A DNA stretch of 64,000 nucleotides from Myxococcota bacterium (GTDB lineage Bacteria; Myxococcota_A; Polyangia; HGW-17): NCBI GenBank assembly GCA_018817795.1, contig JAHITJ010000152.1:19695-83694 (forward strand), written 5' to 3'. Under the pieces are notes generated by a model that saw only the letters and a program-made list of their open reading frames with translations, did not search any database and was not told the origin of the DNA. The position numbers and the translations under genes were made by a program. Positions 44,951-51,773 of this stretch are shown in pieces (the first letter of the stretch is position 1; every line of letters begins with the position of its first letter).

Positions 44951-45892
44951 TCATTTTGCCTTCTTTTTCCAGTTTTCAACAACCTCCGCCGCGTGGATTG
45001 CGGCGATGGTGCCGTCGGAGACCGCCGTGGTGATCTGCCGGTAGGGTTTGGCGCGGGCGTCACCGGCGGCGTAGACGCCCGGCAGATTCGTGCGCATCCG
45101 TTCGTCGGTCAGGATCTCGCCGCGATCCGAGAGCTCCACCTGCCCGGACAGGAACACGGTGCGCGGCACGTAGCCGATGAAAATGAACGTGCCCGTCACC
45201 GGGACGCGGACCGTCTTTCCGGTGACCTTGTGAATGCTCGTGACGGCGGCGAGCCTCTCATCCCCCTCGAAGTCCGTGACCATCTGCTCCATCAGGAACC
45301 GGATCTTCGGATTGGTGCGGGCCTGCTCGACAGCCCACGGGTGCGCCTGGAAGTGATCAAACTCGTGCAGGATCGTCACCGAGGAAGCATATTTCGTCAG
45401 CGATACGGCCTCCTCGAGGGCGGAGTTGCCGCCGCCGATCACCGCGATGTCCTGCCCGGCGAAGAAGTCGCCGTCGCAGGTCGCGCAGTACGAGATGCCG
45501 CGTCCCATGAAGCGGCGCTCCGAATCCAGGCCCAGGGTGCGGGGCGACCCGCCCGGGGCCAGGATCACCACCGGCGCTGAGAAAACACCTTCGTCCTCGA
45601 CCTCCACCAGCTTGAGTTCACTTTTGAGATCCAGCCCCAGGAGATCCACCTGTGAGATCACTCGGGCACCGAAGCTCTCGGCCTGCGAGCGCATGATCCG
45701 GCCCAGCTCCGCACCGGAGGTGACAAGAACACCGGGGTAGTTGGCCACCTCATGAGACAGGTTCATCTGGCCGCCGGGGGTGCCCGTGTCGAGCACCAGC
45801 GTCGACAGCCTCGCACGGGCCAGGTAGATCGCTGCGGTCAGCCCCGCGGGGCCTCCGCCGAGGACGATGGCATCATAGGGATGTGTTTCCAT
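44951..45892 (-). CDS. trxB: thioredoxin-disulfide reductase
   Basis: 313 aa with FAD motif GGGPAGLTAA, the redox-active CATCDG, and NADPH motif GGGNSALEEA. Confidence 0.95.
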   Translation of the reverse strand: METHPYDAIVLGGGPAGLTAAIYLARARLSTLVLDTGTPGGQMNLSHEVANYPGVLVTSGAELGRIMRSQAESFGARVISQVDLLGLDLKSELKLVEVEDEGVFSAPVVILAPGGSPRTLGLDSERRFMGRGISYCATCDGDFFAGQDIAVIGGGNSALEEAVSLTKYASSVTILHEFDHFQAHPWAVEQARTNPKIRFLMEQMVTDFEGDERLAAVTSIHKVTGKTVRVPVTGTFIFIGYVPRTVFLSGQVELSDRGEILTDERMRTNLPGVYAAGDARAKPYRQITTAVSDGTIAAIHAAEVVENWKKKAK

Positions 45893-45981
45893 GGAAGTAG
45901 CTCCCGGCGCCCTTTGGGGACGCCTCCTGGGCTGACGCCGGCTGAACCGGCGGGCGCCCTTTTACGGGCACAATACAGCAT

Positions 45982-46326
45982 CTACTTCAGTTTCGCATCC
46001 AGGATTTCCTTCACCTGCTGCTTGTTCTGGATGCTGCTGGTGGCCGCTGCGACCTTTCCGTCGCGGAAGTACACGGTGAACGGCAGTCCCTGGAACGAGC
46101 GCGTCTCGGGCAGGCGGCGGATCGTCTCGGCGGCCACCGGCGCGTCGAACTCCATGTCCATGAACTCCACGTCGGGGTACTTGGTCTTCAGGGAGTCCAT
46201 CACGTCGTAGACCGGAATGCACATCGGTCCCATGCGCCCGCACACCACGGCGATCTTCTTGCCGCTGGACAGGAGCTCCTGATACTGTTGGGTCGATTCG
46301 ATATGGTTGAGTTTCGTATGCAGCAT
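45982..46326 (-). CDS. thioredoxin-fold protein with atypical C-x6-C active-site region
   Basis: The C-terminal half aligns by eye with E. coli TrxA: GLPFTVYFRDGKVAAATSSIQNKQQVKEILDAKL against [34 protein letters not shown]. In place of WCGPC it has VVCGRMGPMC. I prefer the start at 46326 (MLHTK, AAGGAAG upstream). The ORF track starts at GTG 46359, overlapping the groES-like stop. Confidence 0.8.
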   Translation of the reverse strand: MLHTKLNHIESTQQYQELLSSGKKIAVVCGRMGPMCIPVYDVMDSLKTKYPDVEFMDMEFDAPVAAETIRRLPETRSFQGLPFTVYFRDGKVAAATSSIQNKQQVKEILDAKLK

Positions 46327-46355
46327 GATCTTTCTTCCTTTCATTTCTGATCGTT

Positions 46356-46643
46356 TCACGCTTCAGGGATCGCGTCGGCCTGCACCCACTTGGCCTGCAG
46401 GTCGCCCACGGCGACGAAGCGCAGTTTTTCCTGGTTCCATTCGATCTCGGTGCCCGCGTACTTCTTGTAAATCACACGATCTCCGGGCGCGAGGTCAAGG
46501 TCGGTCAGCAGCGGCGAGATGGCCACCACCTCACCGGTGTCGGGCAGCTCCAGCATCGACTCCGGCAGCAGGAGTCCTCCTGCGGGGGGTTCCTGCCGCA
46601 CAGGTCGCAGCAGCACGGTCTCGTTCAACGGGATGATCTTCAT
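46356..46643 (-). CDS. GroES/Cpn10-like co-chaperonin (no groEL adjacent)
   Basis: 95 aa. MKIIPLNETVLLRPVRQEPPAGGLLLPES...TGEVVAIS...LAPGDRVIYKKYAGTEIEW...LRFVAVGDLQAKW aligns along its whole length with GroES (IRPLHDRVIVKR...SAGGIVL...RGEVLAVG...VKVGDIVIF...). Confidence 0.75.
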   Translation of the reverse strand: MKIIPLNETVLLRPVRQEPPAGGLLLPESMLELPDTGEVVAISPLLTDLDLAPGDRVIYKKYAGTEIEWNQEKLRFVAVGDLQAKWVQADAIPEA

Positions 46644-46670
46644 GTCGTTTCTCCTTAGCCCGCGGTTGTT

Positions 46671-47303
46671 TCAGTTCATGGCCGAGGCGGCCCCGGAGAG
46701 GCCCAGCAGCCGGTCGATCTTCGCCTTGTCGAAGCCCACGACGTAGGAGCCGTTGATGTCCAGTTGGGGCACACCCTGCTGGCCCGTGCGCCGCACCAGC
46801 TCCATGGCCGCCCGCTGGTCGCGACCCACGTCGACCTCCTTGAAGGCGACGTTGTTCTGCCGCAGGTAGTTCTTCACGCGCACGCACCATGAGCAACTCT
46901 GGGTCGTGAACACCGTCACCGAGCGGGCAGGGCGCGCTGCCGCCGCTGGCGTTCCTGCCGCCGTGGTCCGGGCTGTCTGCGGAACCGCCGGTCCTCCGGC
47001 GAAGGCGTGTTCGTAGGTCGCGACCGTCGCCGTCCCCACCAGACGCTGCTCGACGCGGCCCTGCCGCACCAGGATCACCGCCGGCACCTCGGCCACCGCA
47101 AAGCGGCCGTGGACATCCCGGGTCTTTCCAACGTCCACCAGATAGGCGGGCCACTGCGGATGCTTTTCACAGAACGCCTTGAACGCGGGCAGGGTGTCTT
47201 TGGCACCCTGTGAAAAATCTCCGAAAAAGCCGAGGATCAGCGGTCCCTTAAGATGATTGGTCTCCGTGACGAGCTGGGAATAGTTTTTGATGATCTGTAT
47301 CAT
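46671..47303 (-). CDS. fusion of a Cys-less thioredoxin-like domain and a glutaredoxin-like (CSWC) domain
   Basis: 210 aa from MIQIIKNY, with GGAGGTG upstream and an ATGA overlap with arsR. The N-terminal Trx fold lacks CxxC (GFFGDFSQGAK). After an Ala/Pro linker, the C-terminal part is VTVFTTQSCSWCVRVKNYL...GVPQLDINGSYVVGFD, a Grx/NrdH/YruB-like domain. Confidence 0.8.
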   Translation of the reverse strand: MIQIIKNYSQLVTETNHLKGPLILGFFGDFSQGAKDTLPAFKAFCEKHPQWPAYLVDVGKTRDVHGRFAVAEVPAVILVRQGRVEQRLVGTATVATYEHAFAGGPAVPQTARTTAAGTPAAAARPARSVTVFTTQSCSWCVRVKNYLRQNNVAFKEVDVGRDQRAAMELVRRTGQQGVPQLDINGSYVVGFDKAKIDRLLGLSGAASAMN

Positions 47304-47668
47304 GACAACACCTCCTTGGATGTTTTCCCGGTCCGGGTCTTCCGGACCGCCAGTTTCGGACAATCACGCAGGTTCGCGACGCCGGCCTCGCTCAAGGCTG
47401 AAAGCGCCGTCAGGGCCGACGCCACCGCCTCCGGGTGGGCGAGCCGGTACTCCCGACAACGGCCCTGGGCCTGGCACACCAGCAGACCGGCGTTTCGCAG
47501 CAGGCCGAGCTGCTTGGAGATCACCGCCTGCTCCAGGCCGGTGGACTGCACCAGATCCCCGACGATGCAGGGACCGGACATCAGCCGCTCCAGGATCCGC
47601 AACCGTGCCACGTTGGAGAAGACGGCGGCGGTCTCTGAGAGTTGATGAAAATCCGGAGTCGTGTGCAT
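47300..47668 (-). CDS. ArsR/SmtB family transcriptional regulator
   Basis: 122 aa. ...AAVFSNVARLRILERLMSGPCIVGDLVQSTGLEQAVISKQLGLLRNAGLLVCQAQGRCREYRL is the winged-HTH of the ArsR family. It carries several Cys (GPC, VCQ, RC, DC). Confidence 0.9.
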   Translation of the reverse strand: MHTTPDFHQLSETAAVFSNVARLRILERLMSGPCIVGDLVQSTGLEQAVISKQLGLLRNAGLLVCQAQGRCREYRLAHPEAVASALTALSALSEAGVANLRDCPKLAVRKTRTGKTSKEVLS

Positions 47669-47689
47669 GGGGCCAACCTTTCAAAGCAT

Positions 47690-47711
47690 CATATATCGAA
47701 CGTGATATATG
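47690..47711. promoter_or_regulatory. perfect 8-6-8 inverted repeat, candidate ArsR-family operator
   Basis: CATATATC-GAACGT-GATATATG lies 22 nt upstream of the arsR-family start codon, in an A/T-rich stretch that must also hold the operon promoter. Confidence 0.55.
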
Positions 47712-47836
47712 TCTACAAAGGTATATATCCACCACTCAGGATGTCAACCCCGTGCCTGCAGATTTTTTTCAAAGAGTGGAAATTCCGGGACACCGGGTGG
47801 CTGCGAACGAGCCGCCGGGGAACGGACTACAGTGAA

Positions 47837-48487
47837 TTACTGGGCGGAGATGACCTCGTCCCAGTGGAGAAAACCATCCATGACGTTCTTGATCATGGCG
47901 TCCGAGGTGTAGGTCGCGCCGGAGATCGCGTCCACGCCGATGGCGGAATAGACGCTGGTGCAGCCCGGGGAACAGTTCTTGTCGTAGCCGGGCAGGAGCG
48001 TGACGTTCTCCATCGGGAGGCCCTTGAACTGCGTGAAGAACGACAGGGGAACATAATACCACCAACTCTCGCGCTGGGTGATCGTCTCGAGGCCCAGGGT
48101 CTCACCGGCTGCCGAGATGCCCGTCAGGGTCCGCACCTCACTGTCGAAGCCCCAGTTGGCGTTGGCCACGCCGTAGCCGATGACCGCCGACTGAGCATCG
48201 CGCACAATATAATAGTCACCGCTGGCACTGGTGGCCACTTCAAAGGAGGCCCCTGGGAATAGTTGGGCCAGGGCCTGGGCCTCGGTCTTGTTTTGGTTGG
48301 CTGGTATAATAGTAATATTATTTGTGTTGTTTATATTATTTATATTATCAATATCATCAACTACATCTATATCATCAGTTTCTATAATATCACTTGTGTT
48401 GTTTATATTATTATTTTCTATTCCCGAATCACACCCGGAAAACATGAAAACCAACGGCAGAATCCAACCCAAAATGGCGCTCTTCAT
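47837..48487 (-). CDS. FMN-binding-domain lipoprotein (flavinylation motif present)
   Basis: 216 aa with lipobox LVFMFSGC, an Asn/Ile/Asp-rich linker, and a C-terminal FMN_bind-type domain with GVDAISGATYTSDAM (Dxx[ST]GA[TS]). Confidence 0.8.
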   Translation of the reverse strand: MKSAILGWILPLVFMFSGCDSGIENNNINNTSDIIETDDIDVVDDIDNINNINNTNNITIIPANQNKTEAQALAQLFPGASFEVATSASGDYYIVRDAQSAVIGYGVANANWGFDSEVRTLTGISAAGETLGLETITQRESWWYYVPLSFFTQFKGLPMENVTLLPGYDKNCSPGCTSVYSAIGVDAISGATYTSDAMIKNVMDGFLHWDEVISAQ

Positions 48488-48735
48488 ATCAATGACTCTC
48501 CCGGAACCCTCGGCGGGCGGGTCCCCGTTTTCGTCGCAAGAATACTTCGAAAGCGGGGAGATGCACGCGAAAAATCACGGGTCTTGCGGATCGGGTTGCT
48601 CCCGGGGTCCCCTGCGTGCTAGTTTGGCCCGCGCACGGCGCGCTCCCGGAGGTCCGGATGAATACTTTCCCGGCTGTGGGCGTATGGACCGTGTCGAACC
48701 GGCTCCCTTGCCGGTCACCTTCCAGGAGTTCTTTC

Positions 48736-49476
48736 ATGCATACGCTGATCTCGCTCGCGTTCCTGTTCCTGCCGCTGACCCAGACGCCGCCGGCGCCCAA
48801 GCCCGCGGTCACCGCACCGGCGCCCAAGCCCGCCGAAGCCGAGGAGGATCTGAAGACCTACAACCTCGCCGATGCAATCTCGGCGATCACCACAACCCAG
48901 AATTATTACAACAAGATCACCACTTTCCAGGCGAAGTTCAAGCAGGTGTTCTCCAAGAAGTTCCACGGAGACCAGCCCGAAGAGAGCGGTGTCATCTACA
49001 TCAAGAAGCCAGGCTTCATGTTATGGGATTACCTGCTGCCCGACAAGAAGATGTTCCTGATCGACGGCAAGAAGGCCTGGATGTACGAGCCTTCCAGCAA
49101 GCAGGCCCTGTGGCGCGACGTCAAGGACAGTTCGCTTCCCACGCCGGTGAAGTTTTTGTGGGGCCAGGGCAAGCTCACCGACGAGTTCCACGTCAAGATC
49201 GTGCCCAACTCCAAGTTCGCCGGCAAGAACCAGAAGGCGCTCAAACTGCTGCCGAAGAAGCGCTCCCCGCACTTCAAACTGGTCATGTTCGTCGTCGACG
49301 TGCAGGGCGCGGTCGTATCAAGCATCGTGTACGATCATGAAGGCAACAAGAACCAGATCAACTTCAGTGATATCACGCTGAACAAGTCCATCGAGGACAA
49401 GAAGTTCACCTTCACGCCGCCCAAGGGGGTCCAGGTCCTCCAGGCCGGCGAGGAGAAACCTTCCGGTTCCAGGTAA
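48736..49476 (+). CDS. LolA-like (outer-membrane lipoprotein carrier family) periplasmic protein
   Basis: 246 aa from MHTLISLAFLFLPL. ...YYNKITTFQAKFKQVFSKK...GVIYIKKPGFMLWDY...LIDGKKAWMYEP... matches the LolA-fold pattern as I remember it. The ORF-track start at 48616 is less likely. Confidence 0.6.
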   Translation: MHTLISLAFLFLPLTQTPPAPKPAVTAPAPKPAEAEEDLKTYNLADAISAITTTQNYYNKITTFQAKFKQVFSKKFHGDQPEESGVIYIKKPGFMLWDYLLPDKKMFLIDGKKAWMYEPSSKQALWRDVKDSSLPTPVKFLWGQGKLTDEFHVKIVPNSKFAGKNQKALKLLPKKRSPHFKLVMFVVDVQGAVVSSIVYDHEGNKNQINFSDITLNKSIEDKKFTFTPPKGVQVLQAGEEKPSGSR

Positions 49477-49603
49477 CCGATCGGTCCAGGCTCATCATCT
49501 TCTTCCATTTTTCAACTTGACGGGACCGCAGCGCTCTTTTACGCTGACTGCGGTTACATGACTTTGCAGTCGAGATCACACCCGGGAAAGGGCTTGAGAA
49601 TAG

Positions 49604-49933
49604 ATGACATCCAGAGACAAGCGCCGTCACAAACGATTCGAACTGGAAGCCTTCGTGGACTACACTGGCAGGGAATTCCTGCTGAACCACCGCATCTACG
49701 ACCTGAGCCTGGGCGGCATGCGGCTGGCCACTTCCGAGCCCGAGCCCCTGGGAACGTCCGTCGATCTGGTGATCACCTTCCCGGATCTCGACGCCGCGAT
49801 CGAGGTCAAGGGGGAGGTGGTGTGGGTCAAGCCCGCGCCCGACAACGAGATGGGAATCAAGTTCAATTCCGTAGGTATGAAGGAGCTCAAGTTGCTCCAG
49901 GAGTACCTGAAGAAAATCGAGGAAAAGAGGTGA
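49604..49933 (+). CDS. PilZ domain protein (c-di-GMP receptor type)
   Basis: 109 aa with both halves of the PilZ c-di-GMP motif: RRHKR (RxxxR) and DLSLGG (DxSxxG). Confidence 0.85.
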   Translation: MTSRDKRRHKRFELEAFVDYTGREFLLNHRIYDLSLGGMRLATSEPEPLGTSVDLVITFPDLDAAIEVKGEVVWVKPAPDNEMGIKFNSVGMKELKLLQEYLKKIEEKR

Positions 49934-49936
49934 TTC

Positions 49937-50500
49937 ATGGCTCTTGAAATGGAACAGATCCTGCGTGACACCACGCTGGAGGCCTCCGACAAGTTGATGA
50001 TCTTCCGTGGCATCGTGCAGATCGCCCAGGCTGACGGGGAGATGGATCCGCGTGAGAAGGAATATCTGCAGCAGGTGGTCAAGGAGTTCTTCCCCGAACA
50101 GGATTTCGGCGGTTTGCTCGCTGAGTACCGGCCCCTGACGGAGGCGGACCTGGGCGGCTTCTCCTCCGAGGAAGCGCGCGCGTGCTACACGGCCTTCCTG
50201 TTCATGATCGCCTACGCCGACGAGGAGTTCTCCGAGTCCGAGCGTACGCTGCTGTCGACGCTGACGACCGGCGTGCTGCCGCCCGAGCGCGTCGACGCCG
50301 TGGCCGCCGGCATCCGGCAGTACCTGTACCGCCGCTCCATCTTCCACTTCGTGCTCAACCAGAACTTCCTGCATCCGGAGTTTGCCCGCGAGATGGCGCG
50401 CCGGTTCGAGGTTCCCGAGGATGCGGCCGTCGCCCTCAACCAGGAAGTCTACAACGCCGTGCTCGTGCTGCACGGGGCACAGCAGAACGCCGAGGCGTAG
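49937..50500 (+). CDS. TerB-like (tellurite-resistance TerB/DjlA N-domain family) protein, tentative
   Basis: 187 aa with two copies of a helical module carrying the ...IAQADGEMDPREKEYL... / ...IAYADEEFSESERTLL... pattern typical of TerB-like domains. It starts 3 nt after the PilZ stop. Confidence 0.5.
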   Translation: MALEMEQILRDTTLEASDKLMIFRGIVQIAQADGEMDPREKEYLQQVVKEFFPEQDFGGLLAEYRPLTEADLGGFSSEEARACYTAFLFMIAYADEEFSESERTLLSTLTTGVLPPERVDAVAAGIRQYLYRRSIFHFVLNQNFLHPEFAREMARRFEVPEDAAVALNQEVYNAVLVLHGAQQNAEA

Positions 50501-50501
50501 C

Positions 50502-51014
50502 ATGGCGGACAAACCCACCTGGAAGGAAATCGACGCCAAGCGCGACCGCTCTTCGGGCGGCGCCCGGCGCGAGGAGAAACCCGCTGCCCGCGGCAGCTCG
50601 ATGCGCGTGAGCAAATCCGACGTCGACAAGTTGTTCAACTCGTCCAAGCTCGGCGAGATGATCCGCAAGGCCGAAGGGGAGAAAAAAATCGACAATCCCT
50701 CCGAAAACAGCCTCGTGGCCCAGGTGAAGAAGTGCCTGCGTCTCGAAGAGCCTTCGGAGTTCCTCAAGGAAGCCCGGCGCATCCTCGACGAGCACGACAA
50801 GGTGCCCACCGACATGGAGTTCTGCGAGCGTGCGCTGGAGATCAACCACATGCCCACGGTGATGCGGCTCCTCGAGCGCATCCTCGAGTCGCTGGCCGAC
50901 AAGCGCAAGCCGTACATGCCGCGCGTGCTGCGCATCCGGTGCCAGACGCTGCCCATGAAGTACCAGGATCCACGCGTCACGAACCTGTGCGAGCGGATCA
51001 TCGACAAACTGTGA
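50502..51014 (+). CDS. hypothetical protein
   Basis: 170 aa from MADKPTWKEIDAKRD, starting 1 nt after the previous stop. It has a basic N-terminus and a helical C-terminus with 4 Cys. No domain recognised. Confidence 0.55.
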   Translation: MADKPTWKEIDAKRDRSSGGARREEKPAARGSSMRVSKSDVDKLFNSSKLGEMIRKAEGEKKIDNPSENSLVAQVKKCLRLEEPSEFLKEARRILDEHDKVPTDMEFCERALEINHMPTVMRLLERILESLADKRKPYMPRVLRIRCQTLPMKYQDPRVTNLCERIIDKL

Positions 51015-51076
51015 CGTAGAAAGAGCGTCCCGGACGTATACCGTTCCAGACGCGTCGTTGATCGGAGGAAAAACCC

Positions 51077-51760
51077 ATGAACGGAACACATTGCATGGAA
51101 CAGGGCCGCGAGGCCCTCGCAGCCGGAAAGACCAACGAGGCGCGGGTGTGGTTCGAGAAGGCCGCAGCGCTGGAGCCGGAGAACGCCGAAGCCCAGTTGC
51201 AGCATGCCCTGTGCGCGCTGATGACCGGTGATCGCCGCACGTTCGCGGGTATCTACGCCTCCTTCCGTGAGAAGATGGAGACCGAGACCTCCCCCCGGCT
51301 GGTGCGCCTGTGGAACCTCGTGCTGCGCTTCTCGGGCTCCCTGGCGATGGTGGCCACCGCCGTGACGCTCTCGAGCGCGGCCTGCTCCAACGGAACCAAG
51401 GAAGGCACCACCGCGGCCAAGCCCGACGAGGCCCAGCCGATGGTCCCTGTGGCTGGCAACAACACCACCGAGCCGACCCCGCCCGAGGGCGACATGATTG
51501 ATCCAGCGCCCATGGACGACGAGGTCTACTCCAAGCACCGTTACAGCGCCGGCGTGCGCCCGCCCATCGATCTCGAGCCCGAGGCCAAGACCCCGCCCGT
51601 GCCACCGATGTCCAAACCCGGTGACTCCGCGTCCGGCGACACCGATGATGACGACGACGACATGGAAGCCGGGATGAAGCCCACGCCCATGCGTCCTCCC
51701 GCCACCAAGTACGGCGTCCAGATGCGCTACGGTGGCGGCCTTCGCGACACCGATCTGTAA
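51077..51760 (+). CDS. hypothetical bitopic protein: TPR-like N-domain, one TM, Pro/acidic-rich C-terminal region
   Basis: 227 aa with GGAGGA 7 nt upstream of the ATG. N-terminal ...GKTNEARVWFEKAAALEPENAEA... is followed by a hydrophobic LWNLVLRFSGSLAMVATAVTLSSAAC, then a Pro-rich tail with a DDDDDD run and three [KR]-Y-[SG] sites. Confidence 0.6.
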   Translation: MNGTHCMEQGREALAAGKTNEARVWFEKAAALEPENAEAQLQHALCALMTGDRRTFAGIYASFREKMETETSPRLVRLWNLVLRFSGSLAMVATAVTLSSAACSNGTKEGTTAAKPDEAQPMVPVAGNNTTEPTPPEGDMIDPAPMDDEVYSKHRYSAGVRPPIDLEPEAKTPPVPPMSKPGDSASGDTDDDDDDMEAGMKPTPMRPPATKYGVQMRYGGGLRDTDL

Positions 51761-51773
51761 GCCCGCCAGCTCC

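Noticed and set aside
48303-48425. A/T-rich segment as an inserted mobile element (MITE/IS remnant).
   Set aside because: I could see no terminal inverted repeats or target-site duplication, and the reading frame of the host gene is preserved. It is retained as a compositional anomaly in the findings, not as a mobile element.
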